A DNA stretch of 63,994 nt, counting the filler, from Candidatus Hydrogenedentota bacterium (lineage in GTDB: Bacteria > JBFMHD01): NCBI GenBank assembly GCA_040752395.1. It is 8 parts of 8 records of this genome, joined end to end, with 100 filler letters (N's around TTAATTAATTAA, not from the genome) between each part and the next. Parts side by side here need not be neighbours in the genome. Positions count along the whole stretch, not along the records: positions 1 to 21,102 come from JBFMHD010000016.1; positions 21,203 to 27,576 come from JBFMHD010000160.1; positions 27,677 to 34,030 come from JBFMHD010000161.1; 5 more parts are not named here. One strand, 5' to 3'. This document shows, piece after piece, positions 20,536 through 31,372 of this stretch (positions are counted from its first letter, which is position 1; the number at the start of each line of letters is the position of its first letter). The notes below the pieces were generated by a model. The model searched no databases, was not told the DNA's origin, and saw only the letters and a list, made by a program, of their open reading frames with translations. A program made the position numbers and the translations under genes.

Positions 20536-21102
20536 ATGAAAAAAATATTTTATATCTTCATTTTTCTATTAATATTACTTTTCATTTTACCATCTGATAG
20601 CTGCTATGCCATATTGCAACAACAAATTATTCACGCAAAATCCGTAAATACTCTTAATAGAAAGCCAGCATCTAAAGTAAAATTAGAGTACGAGACTGGA
20701 AAGAGGTACATCCCTGAGGATTCTGATTATACTGAGGAAGATGCAAATATTGAAAGCTCATATTCTTATGATATATCAAAATTTAATTTCACACGAAATT
20801 TATCAAAAGAATGGTATCTCTCATTAACAGCAAAAAGAATAACTCGAAGATATGCTCTATTTACAGACTTAGATTTAAATTCCGAATCAGAGCATTTATT
20901 CGGGTTCTTACGCTATAGAAAATCTAAAAATTTCTGGTTCAAGGTTGACTGGAACTACAGAAAAAAAGATTATGATGACCCGCTCTCCCTTTCTGATAAT
21001 AAATGGCTTGCTCTGGGGACTGAGATGAAATATGAAACTGTGAAAGATATCTATTCATTAAGTTATACGAACAAATTTAATGAATTCTATATAGCCCCAT
21101 CA
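20536..21102 (+). CDS. exported protein, probable outer-membrane beta-barrel (3' truncated by contig end)
   Basis: MKKIF signal peptide; alternating aromatic beta-strand pattern. Confidence 0.6.
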
Positions 21103-21202
21103 NNNNNNNNNNNNNNNNNNNNNNNNNNNNNNNNNNNNNNNNNNNNTTAATTAATTAANNNNNNNNNNNNNNNNNNNNNNNNNNNNNNNNNNNNNNNNNN
21201 NN
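21103..21202. other. artificial contig spacer (also 27577-27676, 34031-34130, 40437-40536, 46817-46916, 53189-53288, 59460-59559)
   Basis: Identical N44-TTAATTAATTAA-N44 six-frame-stop linker at all seven sites. Confidence 0.99.
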
Positions 21203-21356
21203 CAGCCGGCTGGAGCCCGAAGCCCGGAGCCTGAAGCCAACATATCATCTTTAGTTTTTCATATATTGTGTAGAACGCAACCCGCGCTCATGAGTACTCC
21301 TCTGAAAAACATTTTAACTTTAATAATAGCAGATAGAAAGTTAAAAGTTAAAAGTG
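21203..21356 (-). repeat. modular repeat array C-I-J-B (cut by contig start)
   Basis: 21203-21300 is nearly identical to 26783-26881. Confidence 0.9.
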
Positions 21357-21359
21357 AGA

Positions 21360-22487
21360 TTAGCTCTTACACAATATAGTAACAAAATTACAGGAAGCAA
21401 GTCCACCAATACTATGAGCTAATGCTACGTTGACTTTTTCAAGCTGCCTTTTACCTGCTTGTTTTCTCATCTGATATGCGATTTCCACTATCTGGGCAAG
21501 CCCACTCGTGCCTACCGGGTGTCCACGTGACTTAAGCCCACCTGAGATGTTCACAGGTAATACACCATTTTTCTCAGTCGCTCCATCTAATGTTTTTTGC
21601 CAGGCTGTCCCTTTTTCAAAAAAACCTAAATCCTCAAGACTGATAATCTCAAACGAGGTAAAAGCATCGTGTATCTCAGCAAAATCTATATCAGCTGGTC
21701 CCAGTGAAGCCATAGAGAATGCCTGTTTTGCTGCTAAAATTGTAGCTTTAAAAGAGGTAAGTGAATCTCTGTTTCTTAAAGCTATATGGTCGGTGCCGCA
21801 ACCTATACCCGCAACATTTATATCGGTTTTTTTAGAGGTAAGAATACAGCAGGCAACACCATCAGAAATAGGACTGCAGTCATACAATCTTAAAGGCTCT
21901 GCTACTATCCTTGAGTCGAGGATATCTTTTTCAGTTATTAATTTTCGAAAATGCGCAAAAGAATTATAATACCCATAGCTGTGGTTTTTTATAGCAACCC
22001 TCATTAATGCTTTGTATGGCATTTTATATTCATACATATATCTTTTTGTGACAAGAGCAGCAAGCGATGGCATCGAGGCACCTATTATTCGCTCCTTTTT
22101 GTCTATAACCTGAGCAAGTATCGCAGTTATTCGTGGGGTTGGCAAATCAGACATCTTTTCACAAGCAATAACAAGAACATCCTTGAAAAGATCGCTTGCT
22201 ACAGATTGGGTTGCTGTATGAAATGCAGCTGCACCAGCCGAGGATGCTGTATCAACACAAAAAGCCGGCAGCCCTGATTTGCCAATCCAGTCAGCTATTA
22301 ATGGCCCAAGATTACCATCACCTATAAACTGTGCAGGCGCCATACTACCGACAAAAACCGCATCTATCTCATCTAAACTATGCTCTTCTCTCAAACGACT
22401 GATTGCCGAAATAACGAGTTCATATAAAGATGATTCAAGTTTACCAAACTGGCTCAACGATATACCAGCTATATATACTTTGTTCAT
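21360..22487 (-). CDS. thiolase-family protein (SCP2/archaeal type)
   Basis: CSPISDG, EIHDAFT, VNISGGLKSRGHPVG; the nucleophile position reads TASSAG. Confidence 0.85.
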   Translation of the reverse strand: MNKVYIAGISLSQFGKLESSLYELVISAISRLREEHSLDEIDAVFVGSMAPAQFIGDGNLGPLIADWIGKSGLPAFCVDTASSAGAAAFHTATQSVASDLFKDVLVIACEKMSDLPTPRITAILAQVIDKKERIIGASMPSLAALVTKRYMYEYKMPYKALMRVAIKNHSYGYYNSFAHFRKLITEKDILDSRIVAEPLRLYDCSPISDGVACCILTSKKTDINVAGIGCGTDHIALRNRDSLTSFKATILAAKQAFSMASLGPADIDFAEIHDAFTSFEIISLEDLGFFEKGTAWQKTLDGATEKNGVLPVNISGGLKSRGHPVGTSGLAQIVEIAYQMRKQAGKRQLEKVNVALAHSIGGLASCNFVTILCKS

Positions 22488-24253
22488 TATTCCAAATAGT
22501 CGATAAGCTTTCTTGCCCGTGTTGGGTGCCGGAGTTTATCAAGCGCTTTTGCCTCTATCTGTCTTATCCGTTCTCTTGTTACATTAAAATATTTACCCAC
22601 TTCTTCAAGTGTTCTCGGATACCCGTCTTCTAACCCGAACCTTAATCTTAAAACTCTCTGCTCCCTGTTCGTTAGAGTTGATAAAACTCTTATAAGCTGT
22701 TCAAATAGAAGCTGGTTTGTAGCGATTTTAGCGGGTGAATCAACTTCTTTGTCTTCAATAAAATCAGCGAGATGCGAATCCTCATCTTCACCAATAGGTG
22801 TTTCAAGCGAGATCGGTTCCATGGCTATCTTCATTATTCCACGCACCTTATCAACAGGCCAGTCAAGATTTTTAGCTATTTCCTCTGGTCTCGGTTCTCG
22901 TCCATATTTCTGCACAAGCGCTCTTGTCTCTTTAACAACTTTGTTGATCTGTTCAACCATATGAACAGGTATCCTTATAGTCCGCGCCTGGTCAGCGATC
23001 GCTCTGGTAATAGCCTGACGTATCCACCAGGTAGCATAAGTAGAAAATTTATATCCTCGCCGGTACTCAAATTTTTCAACTGCTTTAATTAAACCCGTGT
23101 TGCCCTCCTGAATTAAATCAAGGAAGGTTAAACCACGGTTTGTATATTTTTTTGCAATAGAAACCACCAACCTTAAATTAGCCTCAACCATTTCTTCACG
23201 AGCAGTATCCATAATCCTTTTGCCTTCACCATACTTCTCAATTGCTTTTTTTAATTCTTCAATACTGATTCCTTCTTTTTCCTCAATCTTCTTTATCTGA
23301 TAGTTATAACCATAAAAATAGGTTCTTAATTTTTTTAATTCTGCTTTAGATATATGATGTTTTTTTAACTCCGTATCAAGGAGCGGGTCTTTTCTTCCAA
23401 GCATATCTATCCATATCTTAATATCCTCTAATTTATAACCGTTTTTAGATTCAATAGCTATTTTTAATTTAAGCGATAAAATATCAGCTTCTTTTAAAAC
23501 ACCGTGTATTTTATCAAGAAAATATCGTATTACACCCTGATTAAAATTGAGTTTTTTCATTTCGTTGACAATAGAATTTTTAAATTTTTCCATTTTTTTG
23601 ATTAGAGTCAGATTTCTTGATTTCAAAGAGAACTTTTTTAATTCCAGTGCGGTTTTATTATACAAAGAATAATATCGTTTAACTCTTCTTAAAACAGTTT
23701 GCAGCCTTTTCTGCCAGCGCTTTTCCTCATATGGTTTTAACCTTATTCTACCCTTGATATTTATTAAATCTCTTACTCTTATCCTTTCTTCTTCTAAATT
23801 TTTATTTATTTCACAAGTAACCTCTTCTAAAATCTCTACAGATTTTGGCCATGAAAAGACAGCTTCCTGCATTAACGTTTCGCCTGTTTCAATTTTCTTT
23901 GCGATCTCGACTTCTTCTTCTGCTGTGAGCAGTTCAACCCGGCCTATTTCACGGAGATAAAGTCTTATCGGGTCATCTGTGATGCTCGTGGCTCTTTCAA
24001 GTGCTCGACGTTCTTTTAATAATTTGTCGTGTCTTGCTTCCTTGTGAAGTGATAAAATATCCCTTGAATCAACCTCATCAGCTATCTCTATGCCTTCTTT
24101 TGTAAGTAGCGTGAAAACCATGTCTATCTGGTCAGCGTCAGAAAGGTGTGGCGGTAGGATATCGTTTATCTGGTCATACGTAAGCCTGCCATGCTTTTTA
24201 CCAAGTAGTAATAATTTCTTTATTTCTTTTCGGTTTAATAACGCAGTGTTCAT
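22487..24253 (-). CDS. rpoD: RNA polymerase primary sigma factor
   Basis: Region 1.1, [46 protein letters not shown]. Confidence 0.98.
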   Translation of the reverse strand: MNTALLNRKEIKKLLLLGKKHGRLTYDQINDILPPHLSDADQIDMVFTLLTKEGIEIADEVDSRDILSLHKEARHDKLLKERRALERATSITDDPIRLYLREIGRVELLTAEEEVEIAKKIETGETLMQEAVFSWPKSVEILEEVTCEINKNLEEERIRVRDLINIKGRIRLKPYEEKRWQKRLQTVLRRVKRYYSLYNKTALELKKFSLKSRNLTLIKKMEKFKNSIVNEMKKLNFNQGVIRYFLDKIHGVLKEADILSLKLKIAIESKNGYKLEDIKIWIDMLGRKDPLLDTELKKHHISKAELKKLRTYFYGYNYQIKKIEEKEGISIEELKKAIEKYGEGKRIMDTAREEMVEANLRLVVSIAKKYTNRGLTFLDLIQEGNTGLIKAVEKFEYRRGYKFSTYATWWIRQAITRAIADQARTIRIPVHMVEQINKVVKETRALVQKYGREPRPEEIAKNLDWPVDKVRGIMKIAMEPISLETPIGEDEDSHLADFIEDKEVDSPAKIATNQLLFEQLIRVLSTLTNREQRVLRLRFGLEDGYPRTLEEVGKYFNVTRERIRQIEAKALDKLRHPTRARKLIDYLE

Positions 24254-26025
24254 ACTTTTACCTCTTTGGTGTAGGGGTTTATCTCATCTGCCATATTTTT
24301 TAATAATTCTTTTTTTGATGTTATGAGTTTATCAAACTCTTTTAGTAATAAATCTTTTCTCTTTTCAGTTTTTTCATCTTGAATAAGTTTTTTAATCTCG
24401 TTTATTTTAAAAGCGATCTTTTTCTCAATGATCTTCTTCATTAAATAATATGCGCTTGCAAGCTTGTTTAAATGCTCTTCTTTTTGCATCTCGAGATAAC
24501 TGATTAAACTAACAATTTTTTCATCATCTGTATTATTCATTAGTAAGGCTGTATCAATATAACCCTGATTGTAAAACTGCTCCTGTAACATCTTAAATAG
24601 TCTGCTATACTCTGTTCTTGTAAAAAAGTTTTCGTCCATAAACTTGTTTGTAAATTCAAAAACCTCTCTGTCTCCATAAGTTAAAATTAATAATAATCTG
24701 GTTTCAACGTCATCCTGTAATTCTTTTGTTTCAAGAGTTTTTTCCATTTTCATATCGCCTTCTATATTTCTTAGAAATATATCACTCTCAATATTTAAAC
24801 GTTTTGAAAATTCATCTGAATATAAGCGCCTATCAATATGCATCGGAACCCTTTTTAAAATCGGTATAATATTTTTCACTATTTTTATCTTGCCGGAAAT
24901 AGACGCTGTATCGCCTTTTTCACATTCACGCTCGAAGAGAAATTCAAGATAATCTTTAGCGTTCTTTATCAGTTCTTCCATTTTCTCTGCACCGTGCTTT
25001 TTTAAATAATCATCCGGGTCAGATTCACCAGGAATAATAACTATTTTAACTTTGAAATTTTTCGATAACGCTTTGTCTATCCCTCGCTCAGCAGCTGTTT
25101 TACCCGCACTATCACCATCAAAAAGTAATACCAGTGAATTAACAAGCCGTGCTAATATAGAGAGCTGTGAATCAGTAAGCGCAGTTCCCATAGTTGCCAC
25201 ACAATTCTTGAACCCGTATCTCTGCATCGTTATAACATCAGTATACCCTTCAACTATTACCATTTCATTCGAATGTGAAGAAAATTTACGCGCTATATGA
25301 ATACCATATAGATTCCTGCTCTTGTCAAAAACAAGGTTCGAAGAAGTGTTAATATATTTCGGCGAGTCATTGTCATTAACTATTCTACCTGAAAAACCCA
25401 CTACTTTAGAGGATTCATTTAAGATTGGGAAGATTATCCTGTTTTTGAAAAAATCTTCAAAGGTATTGTCTACTTGCTTGATAATGCCACATTCTATAGC
25501 TAACTCTCTCTCACTATCGTTAATTAACTTCGTTATATATCTGCTCTCCAGAGGAGCATACCCAATTTTAAATTTCGAGATATCTTCTGTCTTGATCTCT
25601 CTCTCTCTTAATATTTTCATAATTCTGTCACCTGCTTCTCTTAACGCCCTCTGATACATCTCACATACCTTCCCATTTAACTCTAACATTCTTATTCTCT
25701 TTTTGTCTTTTTCACTCAGAGTATAATCTGTGTCACTAATAAATACACCTGCTTCGTTAGCTAATCTTTTCACAGCATCTATAAAAGATATCTTCTCAAA
25801 AGCCATTAAAAAGTGGAAAACATTACCTCCCTTACCACAGCCAAAACAATGAAATATCTTCCTCTCTGGACTTATTATAAAAGAAGGTGTCTTTTCATGA
25901 TGAAAAGGACATAGCGCTTTAAAGTTTTTACCGCTCCGCTGTAAAGATATATATCTCGAGATAACATCGACTATGTCAGTTTTATCTCTAATATCATCTA
26001 TTAATTCACGGTCAATCCTATTCAT
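24250..26025 (-). CDS. dnaG: DNA primase
   Basis: [15 protein letters not shown] zinc finger, PKYIN, VEGYTD, FDGDSAG. Confidence 0.97.
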   Translation of the reverse strand: MNRIDRELIDDIRDKTDIVDVISRYISLQRSGKNFKALCPFHHEKTPSFIISPERKIFHCFGCGKGGNVFHFLMAFEKISFIDAVKRLANEAGVFISDTDYTLSEKDKKRIRMLELNGKVCEMYQRALREAGDRIMKILREREIKTEDISKFKIGYAPLESRYITKLINDSERELAIECGIIKQVDNTFEDFFKNRIIFPILNESSKVVGFSGRIVNDNDSPKYINTSSNLVFDKSRNLYGIHIARKFSSHSNEMVIVEGYTDVITMQRYGFKNCVATMGTALTDSQLSILARLVNSLVLLFDGDSAGKTAAERGIDKALSKNFKVKIVIIPGESDPDDYLKKHGAEKMEELIKNAKDYLEFLFERECEKGDTASISGKIKIVKNIIPILKRVPMHIDRRLYSDEFSKRLNIESDIFLRNIEGDMKMEKTLETKELQDDVETRLLLILTYGDREVFEFTNKFMDENFFTRTEYSRLFKMLQEQFYNQGYIDTALLMNNTDDEKIVSLISYLEMQKEEHLNKLASAYYLMKKIIEKKIAFKINEIKKLIQDEKTEKRKDLLLKEFDKLITSKKELLKNMADEINPYTKEVKV

Positions 26026-26027
26026 AA

Positions 26028-26471
26028 TTACGAAAGCATCTCCCTCACTAACATTTGAACAAACTTTCCATCAGCACGACCCTTAACCCTGGTTATGACC
26101 CCTTTCATAACCTTCCCAAAATCTTTTATTCCTTCTGCATTAGTCTCTTTTATAACTGCCTTTATACATTCTTTAATCTCATCCTCTGATAAAGGTGATG
26201 GAAGATATGACTCTATAATCTTTTTTTCTGTTTCTTCTTTTTTTGCTAAATCTTCCCTGTTAACTCTTTTATACTCTGAGATAGCTTCGTTTCGCTGCTT
26301 TAGTGCACGATTTAATACGTTTATTTCTTCATCTTCTGTGATCTCCCTTTTTAAAACTATCTCCTCCTGTTTTATAGCATTGATTAAAAGCCGTATAGTT
26401 GATAACCTCTCTTTCTCTCCTTTTTTTAAACTGATTTTTAAATCTTCATATAGTCTGCCAATTAAACTCAT
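26028..26471 (-). CDS. yqeY: GatB/YqeY domain protein
   Basis: KQRNEAISEY, YLPSPLSEDE, GKVM..KGRADG; lies between rpsU and dnaG. Confidence 0.92.
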   Translation of the reverse strand: MSLIGRLYEDLKISLKKGEKERLSTIRLLINAIKQEEIVLKREITEDEEINVLNRALKQRNEAISEYKRVNREDLAKKEETEKKIIESYLPSPLSEDEIKECIKAVIKETNAEGIKDFGKVMKGVITRVKGRADGKFVQMLVREMLS

Positions 26472-26513
26472 AATTCTTCAAAACCTACCAATTTATCCCC
26501 ATACCTTAGGATT

Positions 26514-26711
26514 TTAATAACCCCCTCCTCTGTATTTTTTGCTCATTCTTTTTCTTGCTCGCTCACTCTTCTTTTTTCGCTTCACACTCGGCTTCTCATA
26601 ATGCTGCCTCTTTTTAATCTCTGTCATTAATCCAGATTGCTGACAGGATTGCCTGAACCTCTTTAACGCTTTTTCAAAAGACTCGTCTTCTCTTACAATA
26701 ATATCCGGCAT
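26514..26711 (-). CDS. rpsU: 30S ribosomal protein S21
   Basis: ESFEKALKRF, HYEKPSVKRKKK. Confidence 0.96.
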   Translation of the reverse strand: MPDIIVREDESFEKALKRFRQSCQQSGLMTEIKKRQHYEKPSVKRKKKSERARKRMSKKYRGGGY

Positions 26712-26723
26712 CCTATACCAACC

Positions 26724-26886
26724 CTCCTTCGAAAAACGCTGTAACTCTAATAATTCGGGGTACAGGCTACGGGCTACGGACTACAGCCGGCTGGAGCCCG
26801 AAGTCCGGAACCTGAAGCCAACATATCATCTTTAGTTTTTCATACTTTGTGTAGAGCGCAAGCCGCGCTCATGAGTACTCCTTTCG
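26724..26886 (-). repeat. modular repeat array I-J-B-C
   Basis: Ends in GTTTTTCGAAGGAGG directly ahead of rpsU. Confidence 0.92.
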
Positions 26887-26958
26887 AACATCACGTATAA
26901 ACCAAACTATTGAAACACACCCTGCTACAAGTGTAACAAATGTTATCACCCATTCCAT
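26869..26958 (-). CDS. 29-aa single-TM small ORF or gene remnant
   Basis: AGGGGA RBS, then MEWVITFVTLVAGCVSIVWFIRDVRKEYS; the stop lies inside module I. Confidence 0.45.
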   Translation of the reverse strand: MEWVITFVTLVAGCVSIVWFIRDVRKEYS

Positions 26959-26989
26959 AATTATCCCCTATAAAAAATAAGAACTATCT

Positions 26990-27334
26990 CTAACCTGGTG
27001 GCCATGTAAATGTTCGACCACCTAAAAGATGATAGTGTATGTGAAATACTTCCTGACCAGCCCCTTTATTACAATTTAAAACTAATCTCACACCATCCTT
27101 TATTACCCCATTTTTTATGGCTATCTCTTTAGCGACAATCTGCATTTTACCAAGAACTTCTATATCCTCTTTCTTTGCATACTCTAAACTTGGTATATGT
27201 TTCTTTGGAATAATTAATATATGTAGCGGTGCTTTTGGATTTATATCATTAAAAGCTAAAATATCATCATCTTCATAAACTTTATTAGTAGCTATTTCGT
27301 TTTTTATAATTTTACAAAAAATACAATTATTCAT
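26990..27334 (-). CDS. hinT: histidine triad nucleotide-binding protein
   Basis: CIFCKI, AGQEVFHIHYHLLGG. Confidence 0.95.
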   Translation of the reverse strand: MNNCIFCKIIKNEIATNKVYEDDDILAFNDINPKAPLHILIIPKKHIPSLEYAKKEDIEVLGKMQIVAKEIAIKNGVIKDGVRLVLNCNKGAGQEVFHIHYHLLGGRTFTWPPG

Positions 27335-27676
27335 AATAAATTTCTTTTTCTAATTTCAATAATATCAATACTTTTATATCCAATTCTAAAAAATAGTCTT
27401 ATTAGTATAGCATAAACTTGAAAAAAAATCAATACCAATTTTATTAAATTTTTTATAGGCTAAAACTGGGTATAAAGATAGTCTTTTAAAAATATATCTA
27501 TAAGCCCACCTAAAAAACCATACCAGCATAATATAACTAAAATACTAATAACGAATCCGAATTCCTGAGATAAAATNNNNNNNNNNNNNNNNNNNNNNNN
27601 NNNNNNNNNNNNNNNNNNNNTTAATTAATTAANNNNNNNNNNNNNNNNNNNNNNNNNNNNNNNNNNNNNNNNNNNN

Positions 27677-28680
27677 TCACATTTTACGATCTCTTTTTTT
27701 CGCAAGGCATTATTTTTATCAGCTGTTGTTTGCAGGTCATCGATATCATAATAATACAGATTCTTTATTTTTTTACAGGTTTTATCCACGTTGCGTGGGA
27801 CTGCTATATCAATTATAAAAAGCTCTCTATAATGACGTTTTTTCATTATTATGTTTATTCTATCAAAAGTAATAATAGGGTGAGGTGCAGATGTCTGGGT
27901 TATAATAATATCTACATCTAATAAAATATCGTCGAATCTATCAAAAGAGACACTTGTTCCATGGAATCGTTTTGCAAGTTTTTCAGCATTCTCAAGTGTC
28001 CTTGAGCAGACCACAATCTTAGCGTCTCGTTTATGAAGATACATACAGCTCAGTTCACTCATCTTGCCAGCACCAATTACAAGCACTTTTTTATTTTTTA
28101 GATTTTTAAAAGTATCTTCAGCTAATCTCACTGCAATACTACTTATAGAAACAGGGTATCTGCTGATATTGGTTTCTGCCCTCACTTTTTTTCCGGTTCT
28201 AAAAGCAGCCTCAAATAGTTTATTTAACAGAGAATCAGTTGTGCCAGCAGATTTAAAATAATAGTACGCATCTTTGATCTGAGATAAAATTTGTGTCTCT
28301 CCAATGACCATTGAATCGATGCCTGAAGCGACCCTGAATAAATGTCTTGCAGCTTCTATGTCTGTATATTTATAGAAATTTTTATAAAAATCCATAGCAT
28401 CTATATTGAGTGTTTTTTTTATAATCTTTTTTAGAAATAAATAATCTTCAACATTATGAGGAAGGGATAAATATATTTCAGTACGATTACAGGTTGATAA
28501 AACTAATCCATACATCTTTTGGCAGGCGGGTTCCAGGCGTGCAGATTGGTCTTGCCATAGCGCAGCCGGGTTCAGAAATAAGTCTATTATTTTTTGTTTT
28601 AAAGTAGAATTAAAAGAAAACTTTTCTAAGATATCAATCGATGCCGTATTATGACTAATACCAAATACAGTTAACTTCAT
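27677..28680 (-). CDS. hemA: glutamyl-tRNA reductase (3' truncated by contig edge)
   Basis: LSTCNRTEIY, HLFRVASGIDSMVIGETQI, IGAGKM, DIAVPRNV. Confidence 0.95.
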
Positions 28681-28826
28681 AGAAATTATACTAATTATAG
28701 TTATTAAAAATTACAAGGTATTTTTTCAAATTCACTCTGCAACTACCATCGCGTCAGAATTTCTGGTATTTTTATTTTGACTATTTAATAGGGAATATAT
28801 TATTATGAGTAAACAGAACAGCGTCC

Positions 28827-29040
28827 GAGGCACAAAGGCACAAAGTATGAAAAAGATAGGAGTTAGGAGTTCGTAATAATAGATCTGAGCTCCGAGCTCC
28901 GAACTTTTTCGAAGGAGAAGGCTCCAGCCGGCTGTAGTCCGTAGCCTGTAGCCTGTCCTGATACCTCTCACTTCTTCCGTTATCTTGCTTCTTGCTTCTA
29001 CTTGATATTATTATAGTTACAATGTTTTTCAGAGGAGGGG
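28827..29040 (+). repeat. modular repeat array E-G-B-A-C
   Basis: Direct matches to the other arrays. Confidence 0.93.
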
Positions 29041-29055
29041 GCAATAATAAGTTAT

Positions 29056-29238
29056 ATGAATGATAGAAATATTAAAAGAGCAGGTATTTTATTTATAGTT
29101 TTATTATTCATTGCAACAATTCTGGGATATAAAAAGATGAATGTTTTATTTACATTGTTGAGTTTATTAATACTGATTAATATCGTCTTTCTTATTAGAG
29201 AATTGATAAAATACATTTATGAGGTATTTAAAAGATGA
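29056..29238 (+). CDS. small 2-TM protein coupled to trkH
   Basis: Hydrophobic 60-aa ORF with an ATGA overlap to trkH. Confidence 0.55.
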   Translation: MNDRNIKRAGILFIVLLFIATILGYKKMNVLFTLLSLLILINIVFLIRELIKYIYEVFKR

Positions 29239-30581
29239 TGAGGCGGATTCTTGGTGACCCTCCATTAATGATAATATTAAGTTTTGCTATAGCGATATGT
29301 GCTGGCACGTTAATTTTGAAACTACCATTTGCAACACATAATGGCATAAGTCTAATTGATGCATTGTTTACCATTACCTCTGCAACGTGTGTAACTGGTT
29401 TGATTGTAGTGGATACTGCTACTTATTTTACGATATGGGGTAAAATAATTATTTTGATATTTATTCAGATAGGTGGATTAGGTATACTTACATTATCAAC
29501 TATGTTTATGGGTATATTAAGTGGTAGAATCGGGATAAGTGGTCGAGGCTTTATTAGCGAGAGTTTAACACAGGATTTTGTCCTGGATTTTTATAAATTT
29601 TTGAAAAGATTAATCTATTTTGTAACAGGTATAGAAGTGTTAGGAGCGGTACTATTATTTATATTTTTTATAAGAACCGAAGATTTTATAAAAAGTATCT
29701 GGCTTTCTATATTTCATTCAATATCAGCTTTTTGCAATGCTGGTTTTTCTCTTTTCTCAGATAGTCTTGAACCTTTCCGGGGGAGCATACATTTAAATAT
29801 AGTAATTATGGTTCTCATTATATGTGGGGGGCTTGGGTTCGTTGTAATAAATGAGTTGTATGAGATCTTAAAAACAAAGAAAATCCAACTCTCATTTCAT
29901 AGCAAAGTTGTATTATCAACAACTTTATGTTTGATATTGTTTGGTGCTTGTTTTATTTTTTTTATCGAACAGAATTATTCTTTTTTTAATTTTACTTTTA
30001 AGGAAAAGATATTAAGTTCTTTTTTTCAAAGCGTGACAGCAAGAACAACTGGTTTTAATACTGTGCCTGTATATCTATTAAAAGAAGCCACAGCGCTAAT
30101 CCTTATAACATTGATGTTTATTGGTGGTTCGCCTGGTTCTACTGCGGGCGGGATAAAAACAACTTCGTTTGCAATATTTTTTTCTTTGATAATAAGCAGG
30201 ATCAGGGGAAGACCAAGACCAGAATTATTAAGACGAACTGTCTCAAAACAAACTGTTGAAAGAGTATTTACCTTAATACTTATCTCTTTGTTAATTTTAA
30301 CTCTTTGTATTTTTATCCTCCTGCTTTCAGAGATCGAGACAGTATCTCACAAGACTAATTCCAACTTTTTTTTAAGTGTTATATTTGAGGCATTCAGTGC
30401 TTTTGGTACTGTTGGTTTATCGCTCGGCATAACTCAGTACTTAACAAATCTTGGTAAATTGGTTATAATTATATTAATGTTTATAGGAAGGACAGGTCCA
30501 TTAACTTTGGCTATCTTAATGATGCAGGGTAAAGAAGAGCTTGAGTTTCAATATCCTGAGGAAGAGATAATGATTGGCTGA
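29235..30581 (+). CDS. trkH: Trk/Ktr potassium uptake membrane subunit (KtrB/TrkH)
   Basis: SATCVTGL, SAFCNAGF, RTTGFN, SAFGTVGLS selectivity-filter motifs. Confidence 0.93.
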   Translation: MMRRILGDPPLMIILSFAIAICAGTLILKLPFATHNGISLIDALFTITSATCVTGLIVVDTATYFTIWGKIIILIFIQIGGLGILTLSTMFMGILSGRIGISGRGFISESLTQDFVLDFYKFLKRLIYFVTGIEVLGAVLLFIFFIRTEDFIKSIWLSIFHSISAFCNAGFSLFSDSLEPFRGSIHLNIVIMVLIICGGLGFVVINELYEILKTKKIQLSFHSKVVLSTTLCLILFGACFIFFIEQNYSFFNFTFKEKILSSFFQSVTARTTGFNTVPVYLLKEATALILITLMFIGGSPGSTAGGIKTTSFAIFFSLIISRIRGRPRPELLRRTVSKQTVERVFTLILISLLILTLCIFILLLSEIETVSHKTNSNFFLSVIFEAFSAFGTVGLSLGITQYLTNLGKLVIIILMFIGRTGPLTLAILMMQGKEELEFQYPEEEIMIG

Positions 30582-30582
30582 T

Positions 30583-30675
30583 GTCCTGATACTTCTCACT
30601 TCTTCCGTTATCTTGCTTCTTGCCTCTTGCTTCTACTTGATATTATTAGAGTTACAATGTTTTTCAGGGGAGGAT
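30583..30675 (+). repeat. modular repeat array A-C inside the trk operon
   Basis: Near-identical to 28955-29038. Confidence 0.93.
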
Positions 30676-30682
30676 ATTTTCG

Positions 30683-31339
30683 ATGTCTGAATTTGTTGTT
30701 ATAGGGTTATCGACGTTCGGTGATGTGCTTGCACGAACACTTTATAAACTCAACCAGGAGGTACTTGTTATTGATAGAAACAAAGAAAAAATACAAGAAA
30801 TTAAAGATTCTGTTACAAAGGCGGTAGTAGCTGACGCTACAGAAAAAAAAGTGCTTGAAAAGTTTATAAAAGGTAGTGAGGCAACTATTATTGTCTCGCT
30901 TGGCGATAACATAGAAAAAAATGTTATGATAACCTATTATCTAAAAGAGATGGGGATAAAAAGGATTTATGTAAAGGCTACAAGTCTTGAACAAGGTAAA
31001 TTACTGAGAACAATAGGCGCAACTGACGTTATATATCCTGAACGAGATATGGCTGTTCGTACAGCTGAAACACTGGCGAACCCCAATCTACTCGAGAGTT
31101 TACCGCTTACCAATGAGTATGCGATAGTTGAGTTTGCCGTACCATCGCAGTTTATTGGCAAATCACTAATGGAATTAAAACTACGTAATGAATATGGTAT
31201 ATATGTTCTTGCGGTAAAAGAGGTTGTACCTGAAAAGATAATCGTTATGCCGCCACCTGATTATGTATTTAAAGATTCTGATGTACTCTTTATTCTTGGT
31301 AAATTGAGTGATATTGACAGATTAAGGCCCTCAACATAA
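30683..31339 (+). CDS. trkA: Trk/Ktr RCK regulatory subunit (KtrA/TrkA)
   Basis: VIGLSTFG Rossmann variant, IGATDVIYPERDMA, TrkA-C domain. Confidence 0.92.
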   Translation: MSEFVVIGLSTFGDVLARTLYKLNQEVLVIDRNKEKIQEIKDSVTKAVVADATEKKVLEKFIKGSEATIIVSLGDNIEKNVMITYYLKEMGIKRIYVKATSLEQGKLLRTIGATDVIYPERDMAVRTAETLANPNLLESLPLTNEYAIVEFAVPSQFIGKSLMELKLRNEYGIYVLAVKEVVPEKIIVMPPPDYVFKDSDVLFILGKLSDIDRLRPST

Positions 31340-31368
31340 GTAGGGTGCGGTTCGCGAACCGGTCCTGC
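31340..31368. repeat. GTAG-type REP-like palindrome between convergent genes
   Basis: GTAGGGTG-CGGTTCGCGAACCG-GTCCTGC, with a perfect 14-bp palindromic core. Confidence 0.6.
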
Positions 31369-31372
31369 TGGT

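Noticed and set aside
28732-29044. ORFs 28732-28971 and 28781-29044 (likewise 33510-33821, 53493-53702, 62335-62601)
   Set aside because: These are translations of repeat modules with low-complexity periodic peptides.
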